The notes below the pieces were generated by a model. That model was not told where the DNA came from and did not search any database. It saw only the letters and a list, made by a program, of their open reading frames with translations. Shown piece by piece: positions 12,450 through 31,200 of a stretch of DNA of 64,000 nt. The translations under genes were made by a program, and so were the position numbers. Within the stretch, counting starts at the first letter, position 1; each line of letters starts with the position of its first letter. This DNA comes from Macrostomum lignano (lineage: Eukaryota). The stretch spans positions 558,001 to 622,000 of the forward strand of contig NIVC01000291.1 in assembly GCA_002269645.1 (NCBI GenBank), read 5' to 3'.

Positions 12450-12965
12450 GGGCCAATAAGAGCCACCATGAATCCTAGACAATCTGAGCCACCTAGAGTC
12501 AAAGCCAATCGGGGCCATCGTGAGTCGCAGCCAATCAGGGCCACCCTGAATCCCAGCCAATCACAGACATCCTGATTCGCAGCCAATCAGAGCCACCATG
12601 AATCCTAGACAATCTGAGCCTTCCTGAGTCGCAGCCAATCACGATCACCCCGAATCCCAGCCATCCTGAGTCGCAGCCAATCAGGGCCACTCTGAATCCC
12701 AGCCAATCCGGGCCACTCTGAATCCCAGCCAATCCGGGCCACTCTGAATCCCAGCCAATCCGGGCCACTCTGAATCCCAGCCAATCCGGGCCACTCTGAA
12801 TCCCAGCCAATCCGGGCCACTCTGAATCCCAGCCAATCCGGGCCATCCTGAGTCGCAGCCAATCAGGGCCACTCTGAATCCCAGCCAATCCGGGCCACTC
12901 TGAATCCCAGCCAATCCGGGCCATCCCGAGTCGCAGCCCGTTAGTTCCCTTCTGAATCCTAGTCA
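12450..12965. repeat. Minisatellite, 26-bp unit, CCAAT-box-containing, directly upstream of the Rel-like gene
   Basis: Core unit gaatcccagccaatccgggccactct; variants with agccaatcag. Confidence 0.9.
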
Positions 12966-13014
12966 ATCTGTAGCCATAGCGAATTGTAAAGGTACTTTAA
13001 GTTATTTTTAATCC

Positions 13015-18559
<5,545 letters not shown>

Positions 18560-19170
18560 CTTGGGCCAATGATTTGTTCAAAATTGTTGCACATTTTTTT
18601 TGACCTAAAAATGCGCCTTCATTTTTAGCGACGCCGTGTTTCAATTGCCAAGTGCCGTGTAATATATAAATACATATTCTGAAGAATCCAATTCTGAAGC
18701 CAGTATGGCGCTGCAACTGCATCAAATCAGTGCGCAACTTTGTAGATTTCATGCGCCAGTTTTGTTTATTTTTTTATTGCAAAAGCAAAGCCAGAAAATT
18801 AACTGGAAATGCGCAGAACGTGAAAACGGCATCACCAGTTAACCAGTCGATTAGAAACCAACAAAAATGATACGACATAGACTCCTATAGACTCCTATGG
18901 ACTCCTAAAAAAAGATTTTAAGTGCTAGCTCATTAGGTGAGAGCCTCCTCTCAGTTGACTTCAGTCCTTTGGCTAGCAGCCACAACAGGTGCTCTAATAA
19001 CCTTGAACATGTATATGTAGGCTTGCATTAGTTTGTCAACACTGGAACTAACGCAGTACTTTTAGATTTCTGCGATTAAAAATCGCAAAGTACCAAAATG
19101 TTAAGTCAATGACATTATTCACATGACTCCGAACAGCAAAGCCCTGTTGCCATGCCAACAGCCCAGCCAA

Positions 19171-20921
19171 TCAGGCAGCAGTCGAATCGCCAGCTGCCGC
19201 CGCCGTCTCTTCCTGGCACAGCACAGTGTCTGAGGCGGCCAGCTGTTGGGCGACCTCGGCCGGCACCGCAGTGGCGTGCAGGTCGCCCTCGATCGGGTCG
19301 TCGGCGATCAGCACGTCGACGACTCGCTCGGCGGCGAGCCGCAGGCGGGCCGGCAGACCGGCGGATTTGTGCAACTCCCGCAGCAGGAAGTAAACGCTGC
19401 ACTGCTTGAGGTGCGCCCGGCCGGCCGGGGAAGCGCAAAGCAGCAGCAGGGCGTCCAGGCAGCAGGCCAGGGTCCAGTCGTCGCCGCGGGTGGCTGCCGC
19501 CTCCGGGCTGCCAGGCAGGAACTGCAGGGCCGGCGGCAGGCGGGACATGTCCTCGTCATCGATGGAGTCCTGCGAATTCGGGCGGCAAAGTTCAGCTATT
19601 GGCAATCGTTTTGGTTGAGGATCTGAGATGAGCATCCAATCTGGGGATCAGGGATGAGCATCCAATCTGGGGATCTGGGATGAGCATCCAATCTGGGGAT
19701 CTGGGATGAGCATCCAATCTGGGGATCTGAGATCAGCTTCAACCTTCAATCTGAGGATCTGCCAGGGCGATGCCTAAGACAGAGGATCTGGGATTAGTAA
19801 CCCTAAATACGTGACGCAGTCTTCACATTTCCAAGCTCAGTTGGGCAGCGCCCAGAACTCCCTGCCCCGCCACCAACCTCCGAGCCAGCCAGCGGGGTGG
19901 CCAGCGCCACCACAAGTCCGCAGGCGGGGTCGCACAGGCTCGGGTGCAGGTCGGAGCTGAAGCAGAGGTTCTTCAGCAAGCCGTACAGGTAGCGGCGACG
20001 GTCCGCCGAAAGGGGCGCCGCGGCCAGCGCGGAGGCGGCCAGACGGCCTGTCAGGCGGCCGAGGGCGCCAGGCTGGGAGGCCAGGCGGCGCCGGGCGAGC
20101 GGCAGCTGGGCAAAGTTCTGCAGCAGGCCGGCGGCTGAGTCCAGGTTGCAGCCGCGGCGGTTGAAGCCCGGGACGCTGACGGCGTGGACCAGCCTGAAAG
20201 GGAAAGGGCCGGAGACTCGCTGCCGCCATCTGAATCCACTCAAGACCCCTTGAGAATCGGTCTCTTAGAATATCGTCCTACACGAGTATCGCCATGACAG
20301 CACGTGTCTCCCTATTAGCAATCTGGTCTGGCAGAGTCCGGGAGCTCACCTGTCAATCACGTGGCCGCCCTGCTCTTCAGTTCCCAGCCGGGCCATGAGG
20401 GCCTCGGCCAATTTGGCCTCCCGACTCAAATTGAGCAGCGCCCGGCCGGCCAAATCCGCCTCGGGGCAATCGGCGTCCAGCAGCAGCCGCACCAGCTCGG
20501 CGACATCGGCCGCGGGCTCGCCCGAATCTGCGGCCGCCAGCAGCCGCGCCGCCCAGCTGCCATTGCCAGAGCCGGCCAAATTGATGAGGCACTTGAGTGC
20601 CCCGGGACTGCCAGGCCGGTGCGCAACGATGCGGATTAAGCGCCTTGCTCCATCCTGGTTGCTAAGCAGCAACTGGTCAAGCGAGCAATCTGTGGGCTGG
20701 TGAGCCAGAGCAGAGAGGAGGGCGGCCATGCACTGCTCCCAGGCGGAGTCTGCAGCTCCGCCATCTGCTGATGTCAGCTGCTCAGCAACATCCAGCAGCT
20801 CCTGCAGTGCTGATGATGTCAGCAATGTGTTAGTTTATAAGCTATGTACCAGGCTTTGAGCAAATCAAGGAGACAATAGACCTGCATCCTGATCCGTTGA
20901 CCCCTGAGCCCTGACTTCCAT
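19171..20921 (-). CDS. HGH1: Protein HGH1 homolog (armadillo-like eEF2 chaperone), 4 exons, about 404 aa
   Basis: Minus-strand exons 20921-20882, 20809-20350, 20193-19878, 19569-19171; phases match, total 1215 nt. Motifs LKCLINLAG, GLLQNFAQLP..R, RRRYLYGLLKNLCF, TPLAGSE, RLPPALQFLP, GRAHLKQCSVYFLLRELH and AERVVDVLIADD match the HGH1 N and C domains as recalled. Confidence 0.82.
19628..19735. repeat. Minisatellite, 26-bp x about 4 (HGH1 intron 3)
   Basis: Unit gatgagcatccaatctggggatctgg. Confidence 0.88.
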
Positions 20922-21199
20922 CAGCAGATAGGCACACACATTAAGGTTGGCCCAAATGGGCAAGAATTGCATGTGCTGGTACAGTAGCTTCAGAATTCAG
21001 AAATGAGCCCTTTCAAATTGACGCAGGCCTGAGCATAACAGTTGGTATATGCTTGCACAAGTCTATCCAAGAATTGATCACCTATATGATACTGAAGAAG
21101 CATTGCTAGTGCTATATTTCTAGTGCTACCTAGAAGACAGTGCTACCTAGTGCTACCTAGAAGACATAATGAGCAAAACCATTAGTTAGGCTTAAAGGA

Positions 21200-21556
21200 G
21201 GGCCATAGCCTAGCAGTAGTGCAGCTGCTCTGGTGTGCCAGCAACCCAGGCTCGATTCCAAGTGCAGTCACATTAATTTGGGGCTGAATTGGAATCTCGG
21301 CTTGGCTCTGCTCGTGCAATTAACAGCCTTGAGAGCCAACCCCACCAAGGCGTAATAAGTGTACATGCCTAATGATAAAATAAAGTTAGGGCCACTGTAC
21401 ACTCCTGTGTGAGTGTGTGCCTGCATACATATTCATGCGCTTGTATGCCTACTTAGGGGAGTTGGCAGAATGGGCAGTAATGCCTCTCGCTAGTTGTGTG
21501 CCTATGTCGCTTAAAGTGCGCCAGGGTGCACACAACCCCCCTGCCTCTAATAAAAA
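21200..21556 (+). mobile_element. tRNA-derived SINE, family A, near full-length copy
   Basis: A-box-like tagcctagcagtag, B-box ggctcgattcc, body shared with 8265-8515, A-rich tail taataaaaaaa. Confidence 0.7.
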
Positions 21557-23194
21557 AATAATTAGGCCTAGCAATAACATGGTGCCATGGTAATCATGTC
21601 TTAGAGAATTGCTAGTGGCAAGCTCCCGCATAGTAAAGTTGAAGTTGCATAGCTAAATGCAAGAAACATTTGCCTAGAAGCTATATACAACATAGGTACT
21701 ACAGGAAAATAAGTATCTATGTTAATTGATTTTAATAAAATTTATAAAATTAATTTTATTTTTATTTTATTTTATTATTATTTTTATTTATTTTATTTAT
21801 TAATTTTATTAAATATATAAATAAAATTAATAAAAGTTAATTGATTTTGATAAAATTAAAAAAAGCTTTGCCAAATCTACCAAAATTGGGCCTTGCAATT
21901 GGGACTCATCCCTGCCTATTTAGGCCAGTTTTAACCATAGACAATCATAAGTTAAATTGATATTTCATTTATTATACCTTGGTTACTTTTTAATGACCTA
22001 CTTTTTAGTATTAAAAGGTCTTAAGGATATACTTTTGTCTACACTATAGCCTACCACTATATACCTAAAAGTTATAAGCATAGTGGATATTTTTTATAAA
22101 AAGTCAATACAACATAATTGCTTTGTTATTAGTTAGTTAATAGATCATATTGCTAAAAGCAAGACATTTGTGCTAACAATAAATGATAAAGACGCTTAAA
22201 TAAAGGTGCTATCTATTGATTCTTGCTTCAATATAGTTGTTGTTGCTTTTTTCTGTGTCTGCTGCCTGCTGCTTTCTGCTTTCTGCTATAGTATACTACT
22301 ATATGATATTGTCTACTGATGTCTATTGCTATCTGCTGATAGGTAGCTATTGTTTCTGTATCTGCTATATAGCTGCTACACTACTACTGCTGCTTCTGCT
22401 GATTCTTGAAAATGTTGCAACAATACTAGCTTAGACAATGTGGCATCACCTAATCATGTATGCACCTTTGTCAAAAAGAGTCCAGAGGTAGAAAATGTAT
22501 GCTTAGCAGCTACACTCATAGGAGGGATTGAAAGTAAGGCATTGTGATTGTATAGCAGCTGGATAGCAGCAGTTATGCAGTAAAAGAGCATATACATAAT
22601 TTCAATCAGCTTTCTATAAATCATTCTTATTTAAATGGCAAAAATTAAGTTACAATCGCTTTTTAAATATTTTTTCTTCCTAGGGTCCCTGGTCCAATTC
22701 CCCAGGGAATGTTCCCTAACAAGCTCCCCAAAGCCTTGAGGAGCACTCCCCAGGGTCAACATCCCTAGCAAGGGCCAACTCCTTATACAACCCCTATATT
22801 ATAATATTATCACTAGCCTAATTTGGTGATAATGCCAAGTGCTAAACTAAACTAAACTAAATCTGAACTAAAATTTTATTCAAGTGAAAGATAGGGTAGC
22901 TGGTAGGCTAGGGATACCAACCAAAAAATAATATTCAACAATTGACAGCATATTGTCATTGTCAGTTGGGGGTGAAAAGTTGGGATAAAAAGCGATGCCT
23001 CTTCTAATTAAAAAATGGTGTCCAATAGGCCCCCCCCCTATTTCCCAGTGTGTCACCTCATTAGTAAGCCCCCACTAGGCCTACTAATTACTAATAATAA
23101 TTAGTAATACATTAGTTATTATAGCTTAGCTAGACTAGTCTAAAGCTATTACTATAGCTCATTGAGCCAAGCTGCGAGCATGTATTAGCAGTCG

Positions 23195-23653
23195 GGTCAC
23201 TGGTCAGATCGTCATATTCCATTTTGTCATATCGGATGATGAAGTGACTAGAAGCAAAGTAGCTTGAAAAATAATATGACGAAGTGACCAAATATTTAGT
23301 TATGCTGGATACTTCATCAACCAATCAATCTGTGTGGGAGTTAAGTTAGTGTAAACTATTTTTGTTGGATAACTATAAGCTGCAGCAAGCAGATCCAATC
23401 AATCGACCAACAGGTTTTATCAATCGAGATGACAAAATTACTGGGATCATTAGGATTCCAAGTAAATATGTTTGATTGCCACATTAATTCACTTTCACTT
23501 GAAGTTGGAACTAATATGATTGGTGGATGACGAAATGACTCTCTTCAGGTAGTGCATGTTATTGATAATTAAGATGACGAAGTGACCATAGTCGAGGTGA
23601 GTACCCCAGACACCCAGATGACGAAATGGCAGATGACGAAATGACTAGGAACC
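23195..23653. mobile_element. MITE, MULE-like (GG...CC termini), 8-bp TSD
   Basis: TSD agcagtcg at 23187-23194 and 23654-23661; imperfect TIRs ggtcactggtcagatcgtcat / atgacgaaatgactaggaacc; internal gacgaagtgac motifs. Confidence 0.75.
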
Positions 23654-23662
23654 AGCAGTCGC

Positions 23663-24046
23663 GGTCAAATAAGCTTTTCACAAAGATTGGTTCCAGAACC
23701 AGAATAATTCCAATTCCAGAACCAGAATCGGTAGGAAAATGAAAAACGTCGAATTTTTCTTTTCTATTTCTGTCTAATTATGTTAGGCCCCTACTTCTCA
23801 AAAGAAAAAAAAAATTTTATCTAAAAGCGAGAAACCAGTATACATTCTTTTTGAAATGTTATTTCAAATTCGTCCTCTTGAGTCTTGTTTCTATAGAAAT
23901 GCGACAACGGATCGAGAAAATTTCTCGAACCGAATTCCAGCGTCGGATCACGGTTCTGGAACCGATTCTGAAAACGGAACAGACAATATGAAAAGCGTCA
24001 AACCGATTCTGGTTCTGGAATCTGTAATATGAAAAGCCAATATGAC
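23663..24046. mobile_element. MITE-like element with imperfect TIRs and internal inverted repeats
   Basis: ggtcaaataagcttttcaca / tatgaaaagccaatatgacc; inner ttccagaaccagaatcggt / accgattctggttctggaa. TSD not resolved. Confidence 0.55.
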
Positions 24047-24879
24047 CGGTTTTTCAGTTCCAGTTCCCAAATCGTACTTTAAAATCCCGCCGTAACGGAA
24101 TATGTTACAACGCATATTAAAACAAATGTTTACTGCTTTAAGAATAAAGTTGGCATGAATATTTTAGAAAAGGAATAAAATACAATATTATTCAAGCGTT
24201 TTCTTATTTTATTTATAGTTTTTGGTAGAAACAAGTACTATTATAGAGGCGAATATTCAAAAAACCACGATTCGATCTCGGAGTCAGCTCGATCTATCAT
24301 TATCGTTGTATGTGATAATGTGACGATAACAATATGAAGTAAGAACTCATCTAAATATGATAAAAAAAATTAATATGTAGAATGAATAAACAAAGAAACT
24401 ACTAGACATTTATAAAAAATGTTTCGTTCTTTTTACACTTGATAAAGACAGTAGTTAACTACAATTAAGTTAACTACAATTAATTTGAACTCAAAAATAT
24501 TGTGGTAAATTAATAAATTAACTAATAGCAATTCAAATAATGGTTTCAATTGACGCCAAAAAATTCGTAAAGTTAAAGGTCCTTATAAAACATAGGTTTT
24601 GAATATTACATGTGAAATATAAATATTGAGATAAAAATATAAGATACACTAGGATACATGTAATTTATAAGATTATGATGTTACTTCTCCAGAAGAATAC
24701 ATGTAATTGTCGTAAAATTCTATCAATTACTTAATACAGTCAATACGTAAATTAATCCAATAGTGTACCTTGAATTGATTAATTGTAATTTCTCTACAGA
24801 CCTTACAAATCTAATTGATCAAATATTAAACATGTAAATATGTTGCACAATTAGATGTAATTCTTAACTTGCATGTGAT

Positions 24880-25095
24880 CAGGGGCGTGAGCGCGTCGCT
24901 ATGGGTTTTATGGCGGGGGACAAAGTCAAGAATTCTAAGTGACGAAATTCCTACATTATTTTTTATATCGGTGTTTTATTGCCACACAGACACTCATTTT
25001 GTTCGCTTTTTCATAGCTTTCACTCAGGCCAGGGGGGACATATGCACAGTTGTCCCGATGTCAGCCCCTGTCCCGCGTGGTGACGCGGGCCCTTG
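24880..25095. mobile_element. hAT-type MITE, 216 bp, 8-bp TSD
   Basis: Termini caggggcgt...gacgcgggcccttg; TSD catgtgat at 24872-24879 and 25096-25103. Confidence 0.75.
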
Positions 25096-25277
25096 CATGT
25101 GATTATGCATTTAAAGGTACAATTTCGTAAAATGAAACAATGTACAAGCTGGAAATAATTGCATATGAATTGAGTCTACGCGCCAGCATGAACCTCGGAA
25201 AAATAGGAAATTAAAGGAGTTACAACTCTGTGAAAGGTCTCGGCCTTTACTCAGCATTTTTAGGGTTTTAAATTATT

Positions 25278-26730
25278 ATGGCATTTGATTCAGTGCTAAG
25301 AGTAACACTTCCTTTTGTCCTACGAACCTGTCGAGTCCCCAGCAGCTAGTTGACGCCATAATATCGCTGTAAGGTGATATGTCATATGTCAGCTCCGCTG
25401 GGATATCGGCTCGCTGAGATTGTCATGCCAGTGCCTCGGTCTTTCAGCGTGTCGACAAATAGGCCGACGCTTTGATGCCACCTCGACCAACCTTAATCTA
25501 GCGCTTTGCGCTATCAACAGTTGAGGACAGGAGTGTGAGGTCGTCGGCGTAGCCCAGAACCGCTCAGGCGCTTCTCATTGTGGCGGCGACCGATGTGTCT
25601 GCGCAGCAGGAAGCCGTCGCCTGCTGAAGGGGGTCCGTTCCGAAGCTGCACAATCCATGCCAGGAGCAGCACGAAGAGGAACGGCGCTAGAATGTGTCGC
25701 TCTGTGTAGCACTCCTAAACGAAGTTTCTGACAGGTCAGACAAGCCGTTTGCCGTCACCACAGCGTAATGCCGCGTCGCAGACGGGCAGACGACCAACCT
25801 CGCGCGCTGTCAGCGGTTCACCTCGACGGTCTGATGCCCAACGTTGAGGACGAAATTCGGCGACGCAGATCTAGATCGAGAGGACTTGCCTGGACTGCCT
25901 ACCGGTCGATTCGCGTCATCCTTCAGTCCAAAGCGCTGCCCGATCATCAGAGGGCTCGGCTGTTGAGACTGTGTTGCTCGACAACGCTGCAGAAACGTGG
26001 ATGTTCAAGGACGCTAGAATTCGCGCTACTGGATTTTGCGCTATTTGTCTTCTGCGCACCAGGATTTTGCGCGAATCGGATGATTTTAGGCGACTTGAAA
26101 TTGAATTCGACTGCATCATTTCTCGCGACTTACTTCAACCGACTAGATTTCGCGCGACGTAGAATTTTGTGCGACTGGATTTCGCGCGACTGAACTTCGC
26201 GCAACCGGATTTCGATTGACTGGATTTAAATCCATTCGTGTGAAATCCAGTCGCTAGAAAGAAAGCCGCACGCTTCAATTCCAGGTCGTGCGATTTCCAG
26301 TCGCGCAAATGCAGTCGCTCGAATGCCAGATCGCGCGAAATCCAGTCGCGCGAATTCTAGCGTCCCGATGTTAACGGCCACGCTGGAGCAACAGCTAGAC
26401 AATTGGATCACTCGGCCCGCGGGGCTGCTCCATGCGTTCAGGCTGACAAAAGCGTCCTGTCCAAGGATGTACCATCCTGCAGCGAGACGGCGACTCCAAC
26501 TGACAGGCGCTACGTGATCCGGGCTATTGCCCAAGCCTGTCCAGGACATCCTGCCGCTCACTTTGCGGGAACAGTTCAGGCGGGCTCAAGCGACCGAGGA
26601 CACGGAGATACGTGGACTGCATCCTGAGCAACGTTGGGGCGCCCGACACTGTCGATCAATGGGCCTGACAATTGATTCTCGCCTGCTGGCGCTTCGACAT
26701 GCCATCGGACGCTCCCTCCACTGACTACTG
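25278..26730 (+). pseudogene. Decayed RTE-like non-LTR retrotransposon (RT and C-terminal region) with an internal inversion and a MITE insertion
   Basis: Plus strand: AFDSVLRVTLPFVLRTCRVPQQLVDAIISL. Minus strand 25770-25385: GVL..DT.LAPFLFVLLL and LGYADDLTLLSS. Plus strand again: RRRRSRSRGLAWTAYRSIRVILQSKALPD, LLDNAAETW, TATLEQQLD, RRRLQLTG. Stops and frameshifts throughout. Confidence 0.8.
26009..26365. mobile_element. MITE with about 27-bp TIRs inserted in the RTE remnant
   Basis: ggacgctagaattcgcgctactggatt / aatccagtcgcgcgaattctagcgtcc; gatgtt present on both flanks (26000-26005 and 26367-26372); internal tcgcgcgac/ctggatt motifs. Confidence 0.8.
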
Positions 26731-26839
26731 GGGGGGAGGACTGCGTATTTTTTGTTACTGTTGTTCTATAATTACCTACGAGTATAAGCTGGTTATTTTA
26801 CAAATTCAAAGTTACAAACCCTTGTAGCTACGAAATCGT

Positions 26840-27545
26840 ACAGTTTCTGACGTTTCAACATCACGCTATGCAAGATTGGAAACCTGCACTGAAGCAACAG
26901 TAAGGTCTGTTTGAAGCTGATTTTTTACATATACACAGATTTCAGATGGTAAATTGCAAAAATAAAATTGGTTAACAGTTGCTGTTTGGTATTTCGTAGT
27001 TTTAGGGGTAGAATGATTTGGCCTGTATGCGAAATTCTGCAGTTACTGACGCTTCAACATCACGCTATGCAAGATTGGAGACCTGCACTGAAGCAACAGT
27101 AAGGTCTGTGGAGCTGATTTTTTACATATACACAGATTTCAGATGGTAAATTGCAAAAATAAAGTTGGTTATCAGTTGTTGTTTGGTATTTCGCAGTTCT
27201 AGGGGTAGAATGATTTGGTCTGTATGCGAAATTCTGCAGTTACTGACGTTTCAACATCACGCTACGCAAGATTGGAGACCTGCACTGAAGCAACAGTAAG
27301 GTCTGTGAAGCTGATTTTTTACATATACACAGATTTCAGATGGTAAATTGCAAAAATAAAATTGGTTATCAGTTGTTGTTGGCTATTTCGTAGTTCTAGG
27401 GGTATAATGATTTGGCCTGTATGCGACATCGTACAGTTTCTGACGTTTCAACATCACGCTATGCAAGATTGGAGACCTGCACTGAAGCAACAGTAAGGTC
27501 TGTGAAGCTGATTTTTTATATATACACAGATTTCAGATGGTAAAT
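26840..27545. repeat. Tandem repeat, about 197-199-bp unit x 3.5
   Basis: tgacg...caacatcacgctatgcaagattgga recurs at 26848, 27047, 27244 and 27441. Confidence 0.92.
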
Positions 27546-28249
27546 TTGAGTTTCGACTAAAAAATCGTTTTACATTCAAGTGTTTTCTGCTAAATCGATC
27601 TTTTTGTTATTTTTATCTTATCGGGAACTGGAACTGAAAAACCAATGGAAGGTCAAATAGATTTCACGCGAAAATTAAATATAGAATAGATTAATCTAAC
27701 AAATATTTTTATTGATAAGGACTTTTTATAATGGTTTACACAAATGTTTTTATATTTATGCCGCTCGTTTTTACAGCTATATTTATAAAGTTGTATCAAA
27801 AGTGAATATCAAAAGGGACCATTCTTTATTTTCATAGAAAGCTAGTTTCAATTCATCTCCTAATACAGTCACTTAGTCTGCATGAATGCATGGATATGGG
27901 ATCATTGCGCAGTGAATTGAATCGTTATTCTTTATTTGTAGGCCTACTTTAGTATAGTTCTGCTGATTCTTTGTACTTTTCAAGAAATTAATAATAAACC
28001 TTTTTTGATACTGAGAGGAAAGCCAAGGTGGTCCCCGTGGTCGATCTTATCACGTTGGATCGAATGTCAAGAAGGTAGGCCTAGGCCTAGTACAATTTAA
28101 CAGAGCTAGACTTAAAAGTTTACCCCTGGTGTTAAAGGTTTTAGTGGCTTATTGCGTAAAAAAGCTCTATTTTTCCTAACTTCAGCCAATGTTCTTTTTT
28201 TAGCATCTAACGATTCTAAGCCTGTTAGTGTTATTTTATTATTAAAATC

Positions 28250-31200
28250 ATGGAGCGGCCTCCTGCTGCTTCCCTTACAAAAAATGTGCACAGCAGGCGT
28301 GAGCAAGTTCGCACATGGGAAGCTTCAGAAACAAATAAAGCATCATCAAAAATGCGATCTCAACACAAAGTCAAATTTCAGTTTGAAATAGCTTTTCTTG
28401 CAGCTTGTAGTTCATCAGATTTTGATGAGATTACTAGGCTATTGCAAGAAGATAAAGTTGAAATTAACACCAGCAATATTGATGGATTAACAGCATTGCA
28501 TCAGGTATGTGGAAAATACTTTTAGCTCTAACTATTGGCATTATTTAGGCTTAAACTAGACTAAGATTAAGAATTATAAGTAGGCCTACAAAGAATATTT
28601 TTTTGGTAGGCCTAATGGCAATGCCAATAGCTAATAATAAAGGTTTCCATGAATTTTGGTGCCTATGCTTTTTGGTGCCAGGCATTTTGGTGCCCTAGTT
28701 TGCTTTTTGGTCCCAAACTTGAATATGATACCAAATCAATAATTGATAGCTATATTAATTAATAAGACATACATGCGCAACCTCCAAATTTCGGTCGGCC
28801 GTGCGACTTAGTTTTAACAAAAATGCGACTTAGTTTTAACAAAAATGCGACTTAGTTTTAACAAAAATGCAACTTACTTTTAACAAAAATGCGACATAGT
28901 TTTAACAAAAATGCAACTTAGTTTTAACAAAAATGCGACATAGTTTTAACAAAAATGCAACTTAGTTTTAACAAAAATGCGACATAGTTTTAACAAAAAT
29001 GCGACTTAGTTTTAACAAAAATGCGACTTTCATGTAAAAAAACCCGAAAGCAAAATTAACGCAACTTTGGGTAAACGGCAGGAGTAACTATGACTGTCTT
29101 ATTAAGCCAAAATAACTCGTCAGCTAGTTAGTACTACTATTCTGTGTTTTTTTGGGTCGGCATTTTTGCGACTTCCTTGGTTGGCCACCAAATCGGTCGG
29201 CCGGATCGGCCGACTCGGCCGACTGTTGCGCATGTATGTAATAAGATATAATAATAATGGATAAGGCGAAATCCAAAAACGTGGGATAAAATGGTAAAAC
29301 AAATCTGCGGACATTCGATGGAAAGTAATGTATCTAAAAAAGGTTTTTGAAAGATAGATAGGTCTTTAGAAAATAGTTCTGGATAAAAACTATTGTTTTT
29401 ATGCTTTATATTGTTGAATAAATAAGAAAAAACCACAAAAAGCATTTTGAAAGTCCGAGTTGACCGATTTGCAATTTTTTGTTTCACTTTTTTTCATTAT
29501 TAAACAATTAATTTTAAGACTTGTAGGCCTTAGAGAAGGCTAATTTTTTTACTACTTACAAAGCAGAAAGTAATCTGTGTTTTACTTTTTATTCAATTCA
29601 AAAAGATGAAGTATTTCTAAGGATTTCAAAGTTTTTCTAAAACCATATAAACTCGCAAAAATTCATACTAATATAAAGTGCAAAGTTTGCCAGCAAACAT
29701 CTTTTTCTAAAAGTAAATATATTGCTAATTCCTTGTTGCAAAATAATCTTTAAGTTGTTTTCTTTCATTTAAATATCAACTTGCATAGTATTAGTATTTG
29801 TAATATGCCTATATTTAGACTTAAAAATTTTGGGTAAAAAATGGTACCACAAAATGTGAACCCGGCATCCAAATCAGATGCTTACTGTATGCTCATTAAG
29901 CGACGAAGAACAATGAAATTACACTAAAACATGTATCATTGCGGCGTGTATGCAGGAAAAAAAGAATTTTCCAAATCGCTTCAGTAGAAGCTGAGTAAAA
30001 TGCAATTTTCCAATCCTTATGGGAATTCCAATGTGTTACCTGGCTTCCAAATCAGATGCTTACTGTATGCTTATTAAGCGACGAAGAACAATGAAATTAC
30101 ACTAAAACATGTATCATCGCGGCGTGTATGCAGGAAAAAAAGAATTTTCCAAATCGCTTCAGTAGAAGCTGAGTAAAATGCAATTTTCCAATCCTTATGG
30201 GAATTCCAATGTGTTACCCGGCTTCCAAATCAGATGCTTACTGTATGCTTATTAAGCGACAAAGAACAATGAAATTACACTAAAACATGTATCATCGCGG
30301 CGTGTATGCAGGAAAAAAAGAATTTTCCAAATCGCTTTAGTAGAAGCTGAGTAAAATGCAATTTTCCGATCCTTACGGGAACTTGTATGTTTAAATAATA
30401 AACTTACGTTGAATACAATTTATTGCAAACGAACTCTACAAAATACACGTTGTCAAGAGTAACGAAAGTGATAAACAAATAAAACCTTAAAATAATGTTA
30501 AATATGTTGTAGAATTATAGAGTGTAACATTATAAGATAGTTAAAGTTAATAAAATACATTATTATAGCTTTTCAATCATTTTCATTAGACTCATTTTAT
30601 GTCGTAATTAAACTTACCGTTTTAACAAATCATTTTATTCAAAATAAAGCTATACGAAAATAATTTGTGCTTTAATAGACTTTTTTACTTTTTAAAAACT
30701 TGAATAAATTTATTTTATAGCTTTATTGCTTTCAAATTGCCAAAAAACGAATTTTCATAAAACTTGCCCCCGATTTTTGGATTTCCCCATAATCTTATAC
30801 TCTAACTAACCAAAAGTGTTATTTACTTTATTAAGCTGACTTGCTTTTTATGAATCCAGTATTATTTTCTTTGAAATCTGAAATTGCACAAAGCAACTGC
30901 AAATTGTTGTTATAATAAATGGATAAGGTATGCATAGGTAGTCATTTGTTTTTTGTCTCCGTAATCAAATATAATCAATTCTCAATTTGTTCTTTAAATG
31001 AATTTCATTGAAAAAATTATTTGCAAGATGAAAAATGCAAAAAATAAATTTGTTCTTATTTGTAATTGCCTTCAATTGAATCTAGAATAGTATGATTGAC
31101 TTTCAGTATTTATTATATATATTTGTTAAGCTGGAACCAAAAAGCAAGCAAAATGAGGCACTGAGAAGCAAACTAGGGCACTGAAATGCCTAGCACCAAA

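Noticed and set aside
20801-20825. Spliced-leader or TTG start for HGH1
   Set aside because: A conventional ATG exon (20921-20882) with a 72-nt GT-AG intron in the matching phase exists.
29050-29132. rRNA gene
   Set aside because: Only about 80 nt, diverged, and embedded in a MITE with no other rDNA nearby; kept as a fragment.
26840-30380. 197-bp and 178-bp repeats as centromeric satellites
   Set aside because: Only about 3 copies each and located within transposon-like sequence; nucleosome-like length alone is not evidence.
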